Assembly: GCA_021161675.1 (NCBI GenBank)
Contig: JAGHAF010000096.1
Location: forward strand, 6,201 to 70,200
Reading direction: 5' to 3'
DNA length: 64,000 bases
DNA from: Planctomycetota bacterium
GTDB taxonomy: Bacteria > Planctomycetota > Brocadiia > SM23-32
The number at the start of each line of letters is the position of its first letter. The first letter of the stretch is position 1. The notes under the pieces were generated by a model, which was not told the origin of the DNA, searched no databases, and saw nothing but the letters and a program-made list of their open reading frames with translations. This document shows, in pieces, positions 20,090-28,861 of the stretch. The translations under genes and the position numbers were made by a program.

Positions 20090-22426
20090 TCATACTCTCA
20101 GCCCGCCGACCTCCCGATAGACAACTGCGCCGTCCGCGATGGGCCCGGCCAGGGCATCCTTGACCTCGCCCTTTGCAGTGAAGTAGACGACCTGCCAGCC
20201 CTGCTCACATATCCGCATCAGGACATCCAGCTGCTCCCTAAGTCTTACCGGGTCAGCCTTTACGAACGGGTCGTCCATGATGAAAAAGCCCTTGCCGCCC
20301 TGTAGAAGTTTCTCGCCGAGGGCAAGACGGATGGAAAAATAGAGCTGGTCCCACGCCCCGCCGGATAGCTTGCGAGCGGCCAGCGCCTCGCCGTCACGCC
20401 TCTTGACCTGGACGGCGCCCGTCCCCTGATCAAATAACACCTCGCCGTAGCGCCCGCCCGTTATAGTCGAGAAGTGTTCGGAAACTGGGCTGTCGGCGCC
20501 GAAGAGCATGGAGACCTTCTCCTTCTCCTCCTCGCCGATGGAGTCCATCAATTCAATAACCTGCAGCGCATCCTGTGCCTTCTCTTCCGTTCTGGCGACA
20601 AAGCTCTCGAGCCTCCGTCGAATCGCTTCAAGGTCTACCGTGCTCTCGCAAAGCAGGTTTTCCCCCTCCAGGTACGGCCCCAGCACCTCGCTGGCACGCC
20701 GCTCTATTTCTTTGAACTCTCTGCTGAAGTCGGACATCCGCTGCTCTATTTCTTCGAGAGCCTTTTTCAGTTTCTCCTCCTTGGACTCCCGTTCGCGCAC
20801 GGCGGTTTCGCTGTATTCGGTCTGCCGGGCGGCGTCCTGGAATTGCTCCAACTCGCTCACCCGGGCGTTCCAGAAGGTGATTCTCTCCTGCAAGTCTGCC
20901 CCTTCCGTCCCGAAAATATTATCGAGCACGCTTTGCTGGGTTTGAACCTGTCCCTCCAGGCTCTCCTTCTCCCGGAGTTTCTGCAGGTAGCCCTCGAGGG
21001 AATCCTCCTTCGACTTCCGCATAAGCTCGTCCAGCTTGTCGCGGGCGCCTTTTCTTTCCTGGCGCAGGCGCGGAATTATCTCGTCCCGGAGCTCTTCAAC
21101 CTTGTCCTGTGTGCCCTGGGCCTTCACGCTTGCATTGTTGCGACGATCGTCCGCCCCACTGTATTCCTCATCGAAATTGCGGACGGCGCCGAGAAGGGCT
21201 CCCAGCTCGCCCCCCTCCACGGCGATGGCGGACATACCGTTCCTGAGGGCCTCAAATGCGCTTTGCAGCCCGGAGCGGTCTTTCGCCAGGCGAAGTCCGT
21301 ACCAGCCGGCAGCCAGAGAACAGGGGAGAAAGACTATCCCCGTCAAGTAGAAAAGAGAGGAATGACTGAGAATGAGCCCGATCATGCTCAGCGCCAGCAG
21401 GGCGGCGCAAACCAGGCCGAATCGCCGCACAGAACGGCTCAGGGGCACCCTGCCGGCCACCCGTTCGGCCTTCTCCCTGTAGTCACTCAACTGTCCTCTA
21501 AGCCGTTCATCCAGGACTTTTTTCCGCTCCGAGAGCTTGCTGAACTCGCGCTCCGCCTCCTGAAGCTCCTGTCTTTGCCTTTCGAGCAGGTCTTTGAGCT
21601 CGTCCAGTTCAGAACTCCGCCGCCCTTCGTCTTCCCGGCATCGCACAATCTCCTCCTGGAGGCGCCGCCACTGTTCCCCGTCCTCTTGATTGAAGATTTC
21701 CAGCCTTCTTAGCTTCTCGCGGGCGTCTTTGAGCGTGCTAAGCGCTGCGCGCCCTTTTTCATACGTCTCGCGGCGCCGCGCATCCGCCAGGCTCTCAAGT
21801 TCGTGTTCTATCCTCGCAATCAGGCGCCTCTGCGCGACAGCTTTCTCTTCCAAATCTTCATAGCCTTCCTCTTCCGCTCTTGCCGCTATCTGATGTACAT
21901 CGGCGAGCGCTTTTTTTGCGTGCCCCATCCTATCCCTCATCTTGTGATGCTCAGACGTGTTGCTGAGCAGCCCGGTCTCCGTGACCTCCCCCAGTTTCAG
22001 CAAGGCCCCCCGGATGCGGTTCAGGTCATCCGTTCTGAGTCCCGTGAGCTTGTCCGTCACAGTGACGTAGAACTCGCTTTCGCCCGCAATTGACAGATCG
22101 CTGTCGCGTATGACGAAGATGTTCCTCAGCTCCGCCCCGGACAAATCCGTCAAATCACATAGAGAGCCTTTCTCGGGCAGCTTTAGTTCGCCACCCTCAT
22201 CGTCACGAATGATCACGTAGCCTTCCGGCGCTTCGTCCACACGGTCGAGACGCTCAAAATCCCGGCTCCTGGCCTTTTGTCCCAGCAGCAGCTTCACCAA
22301 AGCGTCTATCGTCAGCGTTTTGCCGTCCTCGTTGTGCCCGAAAAGCAGCGTGAAGTCCCCCAGGCTGACAACGCCTGTTTCCCTCAGCGGGCCGTAACGC
22401 GTCATGGCGAATTCGGTCACTCTCAC
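20090..22426 (-). CDS. SbcC/Rad50-like SMC ATPase with mid-coiled-coil transmembrane hairpin (SbcE/YhaN-like)
   Basis: N-terminal Walker A LFGHNEDGKT. A roughly 500-aa E/R/K/L-rich coiled coil is interrupted by two TM helices (FGLVCAALLALSMIGLILS and LTGIVFLPCSLAAGWYGL). C-terminal ABC signature LSGGAWDQ and Walker B FFIMDDPF. Confidence 0.8.
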   Translation of the reverse strand: MRVTEFAMTRYGPLRETGVVSLGDFTLLFGHNEDGKTLTIDALVKLLLGQKARSRDFERLDRVDEAPEGYVIIRDDEGGELKLPEKGSLCDLTDLSGAELRNIFVIRDSDLSIAGESEFYVTVTDKLTGLRTDDLNRIRGALLKLGEVTETGLLSNTSEHHKMRDRMGHAKKALADVHQIAARAEEEGYEDLEEKAVAQRRLIARIEHELESLADARRRETYEKGRAALSTLKDAREKLRRLEIFNQEDGEQWRRLQEEIVRCREDEGRRSSELDELKDLLERQRQELQEAEREFSKLSERKKVLDERLRGQLSDYREKAERVAGRVPLSRSVRRFGLVCAALLALSMIGLILSHSSLFYLTGIVFLPCSLAAGWYGLRLAKDRSGLQSAFEALRNGMSAIAVEGGELGALLGAVRNFDEEYSGADDRRNNASVKAQGTQDKVEELRDEIIPRLRQERKGARDKLDELMRKSKEDSLEGYLQKLREKESLEGQVQTQQSVLDNIFGTEGADLQERITFWNARVSELEQFQDAARQTEYSETAVRERESKEEKLKKALEEIEQRMSDFSREFKEIERRASEVLGPYLEGENLLCESTVDLEAIRRRLESFVARTEEKAQDALQVIELMDSIGEEEKEKVSMLFGADSPVSEHFSTITGGRYGEVLFDQGTGAVQVKRRDGEALAARKLSGGAWDQLYFSIRLALGEKLLQGGKGFFIMDDPFVKADPVRLREQLDVLMRICEQGWQVVYFTAKGEVKDALAGPIADGAVVYREVGGLRV

Positions 22427-23484
22427 GGTGCGGCCTCCATCATGGCGCGGATGGCAAGCTCCCGCATTCTCACCCTCCTGGCCTCATCCTGCACGGTCTC
22501 GTCCAGCCGCCGGGCAAAACTCTTGAACAGCTCGTCTTCCATGACTCGGCCGATGTCGCTGAACTCGAGGACAGGATCAACTGCCCTCGAGCCGGCTAAC
22601 TGCCTGATGCGGCCGGCGAGTTCGGTCTCCGTCATGCCCATCTTTTGGCTGTTCACAAAGCCGGAGACCGTCAGAAGTATCCGGGCGCGAGGGTGGACTT
22701 CGCTGAGGCGCTCACGGATCATGGCCAGAGGGCCGGCGTCACGAAACGGGTCAAGCCTTACGGCGATATCCTCGAAATGGCTGGTGTCCAGCGCGTGCGG
22801 CTGCGGAGGCCCTCCCACCTCGAAGAGATTGACCTTTCTCTGCCCGGTCTCCCTTCGCGTCACCGACACCGGCGAACCGGGATAGACAAAATAGCCGCCG
22901 TTTCCCAGGCGCCGGACGTCAAACCTCGAGTGAAAATGCCCGGCCAGCACGTAATTGACGCTGAGTTCCTCAAAATAGGCCAGTCTGGCCGGCATGTACC
23001 TCTTGGGGCCCTCCTCGCCGAAGTCACTTCTGGAGAAGAAGGTGTCCAGCAGCTCCCCGTGGAAAAGCAGGATGTTGGTTCGGTCGGCCTCCATCTCGTC
23101 CGCGAGCGCGTGGAGCGTTTCCAGCACGCCCTCCGTTCCCACCGGCCGAAACGGGATGCCGAATATGCTCACGTCCCCCAGCCTCACGGGACTGTGGACA
23201 TCGTCCAGTATTGCCACGTCCTCGCCGAAATACATGCCGCCCGCGTAGGAATCCGCATCGTGGTTGCCGGGGAGAATCACCACTTTCATGCCGGTTCCGG
23301 AGAAAAGCGGCCTGACATAGCCCTTCAGGTCCTCGGCATTGATCCCCCGGTCGAACAGGTCACCGCTTATCACCAGCGCTTTGACTTTCTCCTCCGCGCC
23401 GAGCGCCACCACGGCGCGAAGGGCCTCCCACCTCTCATCATCATGTTGTCGCAAATGCACGTCTGCGGTGTGGAGTATTCTCAT
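22423..23484 (-). CDS. Mre11/SbcD-family metallophosphoesterase nuclease (SbcF/YhaO-like)
   Basis: Calcineurin-like motifs DVHL, GDLFD, GNHD, HGE, GHFH. Its stop overlaps the ATG of the downstream SMC-like gene (ATGA), indicating one operon. Confidence 0.8.
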   Translation of the reverse strand: MRILHTADVHLRQHDDERWEALRAVVALGAEEKVKALVISGDLFDRGINAEDLKGYVRPLFSGTGMKVVILPGNHDADSYAGGMYFGEDVAILDDVHSPVRLGDVSIFGIPFRPVGTEGVLETLHALADEMEADRTNILLFHGELLDTFFSRSDFGEEGPKRYMPARLAYFEELSVNYVLAGHFHSRFDVRRLGNGGYFVYPGSPVSVTRRETGQRKVNLFEVGGPPQPHALDTSHFEDIAVRLDPFRDAGPLAMIRERLSEVHPRARILLTVSGFVNSQKMGMTETELAGRIRQLAGSRAVDPVLEFSDIGRVMEDELFKSFARRLDETVQDEARRVRMRELAIRAMMEAAP

Positions 23485-23573
23485 GGCGCACCGTTCCCAG
23501 AACGGTCAACGAATCACACAGCCGTATACCGGCTGAAAAGCTGCCATTCAACGTTTCAATGCGCCCGGCCCGC

Positions 23574-24698
23574 TTATGCGTCGCCGGAGCCGGATTCGAG
23601 GTCGTATGCGCCCCAGCGGTGCGCCGTGCGCACCATGGCGATGTAGTTCTCGGGCCGGCATCCGGGATGGATGGAGTTGGAGGAGATCATAACGTATCCT
23701 CCGCCGGGCGCGGCCTGCTCGATGGTTTCCTTCACCGTCCGCTCGACCTCTTCGACGCTGCCGCTGACCAGCAGGTCCCGGCAGTCTACGTTGCCCAGCA
23801 CGCATAACCTGCCGGCCAGGTGTCGCTTCACCTCCGCGATGTCCATGCACTGCGGCTGCACCGGATGGAACCCGTCGAAGCCCACTTCTACTATGTCGTC
23901 CATTATGGGCCAGGCATTGCCATCGGTGTGTTTGACGATCAGCGAGCCGCGATCGTGGACGTGCTCGACGATCTCCCGGTGATAAGGTTTGATGTATTCA
24001 CGGTAGTGCTTGGGCGACATCAGGGTGGTGAACTCGCCCGCCACGTCCCCGGGCATGAAGAAGGCGTCGGCGCCGGCGTCCAGCGCCACATCAACGGCGG
24101 CCTTGTCGAATTCGGTGGCGGCGCGCGCCAGCCCGTGCACCAGCTTCGGGTTCTGGATGTAGTCCATCAGCAATGGCTCCATCCCTCCGCGGCGCCTCCA
24201 GCTGACCTTAAACGGATCGGTGACGCAAACCGTGTTGGCCGTCCTGCCGCCCATCTTGTCGAACACGTAGCGGATGCCGGAGAAGTCGTCCGGCCCCACT
24301 TTGGAGGCCATGTCGAAGCCCTCCAGGTCGCTGAGCGTCTGAACGGGGCCCTTGATGGGGAAGGGTTCTCCGTGCTCGCTGAGCCGGAAGATGGTACCGA
24401 ACTTATCGCGCGCGCGGTCCTGCGAGATCGGCTCCAGCCCGATGGAGAAAACGCCGCAGGTGGCGTCCAGCTCCAGCTCGTCCACCACCAGGCAGTAGAG
24501 GTCCAGGACCTGCCGGGTCTCCTCGCCGACGCGTTCCACCACCACCTCTACGTCCACGGCATCCGGGCGAAGGGCGTGCGCCAGACGCACTATGCTGGAC
24601 TCGTTGATGTAAAGTTCGGTCAGCGGCACCCGATCCGGCGTGCCGCATCTCAGGGCCGTCATAACCCGCTCTTTGCGTTTCATGGCTTGCTCCCGCAA
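23574..24698 (-). CDS. uroporphyrinogen-decarboxylase (URO-D) family protein, MtaA/CmuA-like
   Basis: 374 aa on the URO-D (beta/alpha)8 fold. The C-terminal VKHTDGN...HPGC region is typical of URO-D-like methyltransferases. Exact substrate unknown. Confidence 0.65.
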   Translation of the reverse strand: MREQAMKRKERVMTALRCGTPDRVPLTELYINESSIVRLAHALRPDAVDVEVVVERVGEETRQVLDLYCLVVDELELDATCGVFSIGLEPISQDRARDKFGTIFRLSEHGEPFPIKGPVQTLSDLEGFDMASKVGPDDFSGIRYVFDKMGGRTANTVCVTDPFKVSWRRRGGMEPLLMDYIQNPKLVHGLARAATEFDKAAVDVALDAGADAFFMPGDVAGEFTTLMSPKHYREYIKPYHREIVEHVHDRGSLIVKHTDGNAWPIMDDIVEVGFDGFHPVQPQCMDIAEVKRHLAGRLCVLGNVDCRDLLVSGSVEEVERTVKETIEQAAPGGGYVMISSNSIHPGCRPENYIAMVRTAHRWGAYDLESGSGDA

Positions 24699-24722
24699 CC
24701 TTTGGAGAAGCCGAAATCAGCC

Positions 24723-26381
24723 CTAATCGGCGACGTTGGGCAGGTGCAGCGCCACCAGCCTGGTCATGGTCTTTTTGCTTATGCCGTCGAGCGGGGCCGT
24801 GCTCTTCTCGCGCGCCGATTCTTCAGCGCGCCGCGCTTTTTCGTCGCGTATCTCGCCGACGATGCCGGCGCAATCATCCGCGCTGACGCAGGCCTCGCCC
24901 CTGAGGCCGTACTCTCTGTTTACGTAGGCCGGCACAGCGGCCTCCGGCACGTGCAGCAGCAGTTGCGATACCATTTCGTCGTCGGAGATGCCAGTGGTGC
25001 GCCCCAGCGCATTATACTGGTAGTTCACCCACCTGGCGATTTGCACCAACCGGGTCTTCTTGACGGAGACCTCTTTGCGCTCGGGCACCATCTCGGCCAG
25101 GTAGCACTGCACCCAGAAGACGATTCCCTGAAGGCCGGATTTATCCGTGATGGTGATGCTGGGGGGCGTGCCCAACAGGGAGGCGCTGTCGAAGACCTGG
25201 TAGATGCGTTCGTCCATCATCAGGCCGTGACCATGAATGCCGGCGCGGGTCCTGTAGGCGTCCCTGCCCACCAGAGGGTGTTGCGGCGGAATGAGAACCC
25301 CCATTGCTCTGAAGTATTCGGCGATCTCGGTGATGGCCTCAGTTCTGGTGCCGTTGGCGCCCTTCAGGGCGCGGTACATGATGATCGCGCCTTCAATGGG
25401 CGGGTTGCCGGTGCGTTCGCCGAATCCCAAAAGGGTGCCGTTCAGTATGTCGCAGCCGTAGAGCCACGCGGCCACGGCGTTTGCAATAACCAGGTGGAAA
25501 TCGTTGTGGCCGTGCCACTCCAGCCTGCTGGAGGGAATGCCTTCACGCACGACCTTGTGGACCAGCTTGGGCACGCTTCGCGGCAGCGCCACCGACGGAT
25601 ACGGCAGCCCGAACCCCATCGTGTCGCACAGCCTGACTTTGGGTTTCAGTTCCTCCGGCAGCTCGTCCGCAAAGCGGGCTATCATGTTGATGAACGGCAG
25701 CACGAAGCCGTCCATGTTGGCCCTGGTGACGTCCTCCAGGTGGAACCGCACCCGGATGTCGCGCTCGGCCGCCATCTTGGCCATTGTCAGGTACTCCTCG
25801 GCGGCCGTCTTCCAATTCTTCTTCAGCTTCAGGAATATATGATAATCGGAACACGAGGACAGGAGCCCCGTTTCCTTGATGCCCAGGTGCTGCATCAGCT
25901 TCAGGTAGAGGGCGTCGCCCTGCAGTCCCCTGATCCACGCCGTCGGCTCCGGGTAGTGCGGATGATCCTTGTATATCTCCAGGCAGCGGGTGACGGCATC
26001 CACGTCGCTGTCGGAGTAGAGGAAGAACTCCGTGTTGTCAATGACCTTGTTCGGCCCTGAAAGCTTGCCCAGCAGCCTGTAAAGGTCGACCATTTGCTCC
26101 GGCGTGTAAGGCGGCCTGGCCTGCTGGCCGTCACGGAACGTGGTGTCGCTCAAGACCAGCGGCGCTTGCGTGCGTTTTGCGAAATCAAACTCCACCAGCT
26201 CTCCGTCAATCTCTTCGTAGGCCTTCCCCGTCATGACCGCCTGCGGGACCTCTGTGAAGGGGAAAATGCTCTCCAGCAGGTCTGGTTTCCCCTCGCTGAT
26301 ATGCGCCAAAGCCGAAGGGTCGGCCTTTACCTCGCGCGTGGTCGGCAGATTCAGTATCTTCCGCTTCAGTTCTTTGTCCAT
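24723..26381 (-). CDS. HMGL-like (pyruvate carboxyltransferase) family synthase; 2-isopropylmalate/homocitrate/Re-citrate-synthase-like
   Basis: LSDTTFRDGQQ matches the DTTLRDGEQ motif and HGHNDFHLVIANAVAA matches the HxH metal site. 552 aa with an N-terminal extension of about 80 aa. Confidence 0.7.
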   Translation of the reverse strand: MDKELKRKILNLPTTREVKADPSALAHISEGKPDLLESIFPFTEVPQAVMTGKAYEEIDGELVEFDFAKRTQAPLVLSDTTFRDGQQARPPYTPEQMVDLYRLLGKLSGPNKVIDNTEFFLYSDSDVDAVTRCLEIYKDHPHYPEPTAWIRGLQGDALYLKLMQHLGIKETGLLSSCSDYHIFLKLKKNWKTAAEEYLTMAKMAAERDIRVRFHLEDVTRANMDGFVLPFINMIARFADELPEELKPKVRLCDTMGFGLPYPSVALPRSVPKLVHKVVREGIPSSRLEWHGHNDFHLVIANAVAAWLYGCDILNGTLLGFGERTGNPPIEGAIIMYRALKGANGTRTEAITEIAEYFRAMGVLIPPQHPLVGRDAYRTRAGIHGHGLMMDERIYQVFDSASLLGTPPSITITDKSGLQGIVFWVQCYLAEMVPERKEVSVKKTRLVQIARWVNYQYNALGRTTGISDDEMVSQLLLHVPEAAVPAYVNREYGLRGEACVSADDCAGIVGEIRDEKARRAEESAREKSTAPLDGISKKTMTRLVALHLPNVAD

Positions 26382-26483
26382 TTACGGTTCTCCGAGGCAA
26401 GATTACAGGGGACACAGGCGGGGCAGAGATCGCCCGTTGGCGAGTATACAGGGCTGGGCCGGAAACGTCAAAGCGATACGGGC

Positions 26484-27071
26484 TTATCCAGGGGGCGCGT
26501 CGGGCGCCTGGCCCGGCCGCCGGAATTGCTCGCGCCGGGGCAGGTCGCTGAGCGCGCCCATGCCGAACGCCTCCAGGAATTGCCGCGAGGTGCCGTAGAG
26601 CATGGGGCGGCCGAGTTCGTCCTTTCGGCCGGTGATACGAATCAGGCGCCTCTCCACCAATGAGCGCAGGATATGCCCGCACTGCACCCCCCGGATGTCC
26701 TCGATCTCGGCCCGCGTGATGGGCTGGCGGTAGGCGACGATGGCGAGCGTCTCCAGCGCCGCCTTGCTGAGCGTCTGCTCCCGGCGCTGCTCCTGGAGCC
26801 GCTCGACGTAAGGGGCGAACTCGCCCAGCGTCAGCACCTGGTATCCGCCTGCGATCTTCTCGATGCGGAAGGCGTTTCCCCGGGATTCATACTCCGATTG
26901 AAGCTCCGCCACGGCGTCGCGCACCTGGCCTGAGCCCTCGACCCCGCATAGCTGGGCCAGTCTGCCCGCGCTGAGAGGACGATCCGCGCTGAAAAGCAAC
27001 GCCTCCACGACGCGCTTCAAAGGAGTCCTATCGGCCCGTGGCGCCCTGCCGGAGGGCTGTTCACCGCTCAT
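26484..27071 (-). CDS. scpB: segregation and condensation protein B
   Basis: Tandem winged-helix ScpB signature LKRVVEALLFSADRPLS...ETLAIVAYRQPITRAEIEDIRGV. The start overlaps the rnfG stop (ATGA). Confidence 0.85.
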   Translation of the reverse strand: MSGEQPSGRAPRADRTPLKRVVEALLFSADRPLSAGRLAQLCGVEGSGQVRDAVAELQSEYESRGNAFRIEKIAGGYQVLTLGEFAPYVERLQEQRREQTLSKAALETLAIVAYRQPITRAEIEDIRGVQCGHILRSLVERRLIRITGRKDELGRPMLYGTSRQFLEAFGMGALSDLPRREQFRRPGQAPDAPPG

Positions 27072-27817
27072 TCGCCGTATACCTCTTGGGTGCGGGTCTG
27101 GATTCTCTGGACAGCCCGGCGGACGGCCATCGTGGCGCCCCGGCTGGTGATGGTCGCCCCGGTGACGGCGGCTATCCTATCAGTTTGCCTTTCCTTCACC
27201 ACTACCAGGTCGCTCAGGCGTTTCCGCTCGAACTGCGTCTGAAACCTGGGACGCCCGGGCGTGCTCTTCTCACCTGCCAGCGCGCCCCAGATGGAGACGT
27301 CCTTCTCCACGTCCTTGATTCTCTCGCCCAGGCCCGGCGTCTCCAGGCTGGAGACGACGGCCATCTTGTGAATGGTGGGGTCCTTGCCCACCGGGACGTT
27401 GGGGCGGCCCACCTCCACCGCGACCAACACGATGATCTCGCTCTGGTAGCCCCGGGCTCTGCCCGAAGCGGCGTAGAGGACGCCGGAAGGGGTATCCCTT
27501 TTGTAGACCTTCTCCAGCGGGTTAACATCACTCTCGTATTCGCCCACCGTGTCGTAGCTCTCCGCTTCGCCCAGGACGGTGGCAAGCGTGTTCAAGAAGA
27601 CGCTGCGCTCGTTCGCTTGGATATCGTTTTTCATGCGTTGGTAGAGCAGTCCGACGCCCAATCCGCTTGCCAGGCAGATGAGCGTGAGCACGAGCACGCC
27701 CTTCAGCAGCCCGCCGGGCGCTTTTTCGTAAGCGGCGCCTTCCTTGCGCGAGGCGCATGCCAGACCGCATCCTTCACATTCAGAACCTGATGCTTTCTCG
27801 TCGGCGCTGTCTTGCAT
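27068..27817 (-). CDS. rnfG: Rnf electron transport complex subunit G (FMN-binding)
   Basis: N-terminal TM helix and AAVTGATITSRG, the covalent-FMN threonine motif of RnfG/NqrC. Confidence 0.8.
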   Translation of the reverse strand: MQDSADEKASGSECEGCGLACASRKEGAAYEKAPGGLLKGVLVLTLICLASGLGVGLLYQRMKNDIQANERSVFLNTLATVLGEAESYDTVGEYESDVNPLEKVYKRDTPSGVLYAASGRARGYQSEIIVLVAVEVGRPNVPVGKDPTIHKMAVVSSLETPGLGERIKDVEKDVSIWGALAGEKSTPGRPRFQTQFERKRLSDLVVVKERQTDRIAAVTGATITSRGATMAVRRAVQRIQTRTQEVYGE

Positions 27818-27840
27818 GATTCACTTTATCCTTCCCAAGG

Positions 27841-28833
27841 TCAGGCCCGCGCGGCGGCCTTCGGCGTCCGCGACCCGTAGAGTCGAGGCCGCACCCAGCG
27901 GTCTATCAGCGGAGTGCAGGTGTTCATAAGCACAATCGAGTAGGCCACCCCTTCCGGATAGCCGCCGTAGCGGCGTATAATAGAGACCAGTATCCCGCAT
28001 CCGACGGCGAAGATGATCCGTCCCAGGCGCGTGATGGGCGTGGTCACTATGTCAGTGGCCATGAAAAAAGCCCCGATAATCAGCCCGCCGCTCAGCACGT
28101 GGTAAAGTGGGTCCCGTGCCCAGGCGGCGGGCTCCTTGCCCGCCGGCAACAGATAGGTGAGCGCGAAGACCGTCCCAATGTAGAACACTGGAATGCGCCA
28201 GTCCACGATGCGGCGAACGATCAGATATATCCCGCCGACCAGCAGGGCCACCTTGCAGGTTTCGCCGAGGCTGCCGGGCACGCCGTTGCCGAACAGCAGG
28301 TCCAGGTAGTGATATCCCCGTGCAACCTGCTCGGTGGCGAGCGGGGTGGCGCGGGAGACGGCGTCCACGGCGGGCCCCCAGAGCTTATGCGGCACAACCC
28401 ATTCAGAAAGACTTATCTGTTTTGCGTATGCGAACTGGAGGAACACCCGGGCCGCAAGGGCGGGGTTCCATATATTATGGCCCAGCCCCCCGAAGGCGTG
28501 TTTCACCAGCGCTATGGCGAAGACCGCGCCGACCAGCGGGCAGTACCAGGCGCAGCCGGCCGGCAGGACCATCGCCAACAGCAGGCCGGTCACCAGCGCG
28601 CTGCCGTCCGCGGCGCGCCCCAGCGGACAGCCACGCATCTTCAGGCACACTAACTCCGTAAGCTCGGCGGCGCCTATGCTTATGGCATACACCCACAGCG
28701 CGCCAGACCCGAAGAAATAGATACTGATGGCGACCGCCGGCGCAAGGGCGCACGCGACGCTCCACATGATGCGATTGATGTCATCCCGCGCCCGCAGGTG
28801 CGGAGACGGACTGACTAATAACATGCCCTCCAT
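27841..28833 (-). CDS. rnfD: Rnf electron transport complex subunit D
   Basis: 330-aa polytopic protein with RnfD/NqrB-type conserved segments PSPHLR...SGALWVYAISIG...GGLGHNIWNPAL. Confidence 0.85.
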   Translation of the reverse strand: MEGMLLVSPSPHLRARDDINRIMWSVACALAPAVAISIYFFGSGALWVYAISIGAAELTELVCLKMRGCPLGRAADGSALVTGLLLAMVLPAGCAWYCPLVGAVFAIALVKHAFGGLGHNIWNPALAARVFLQFAYAKQISLSEWVVPHKLWGPAVDAVSRATPLATEQVARGYHYLDLLFGNGVPGSLGETCKVALLVGGIYLIVRRIVDWRIPVFYIGTVFALTYLLPAGKEPAAWARDPLYHVLSGGLIIGAFFMATDIVTTPITRLGRIIFAVGCGILVSIIRRYGGYPEGVAYSIVLMNTCTPLIDRWVRPRLYGSRTPKAAARA

Positions 28834-28861
28834 GGCCGGCTTGTTCCTTTCCAGCGGTAAT

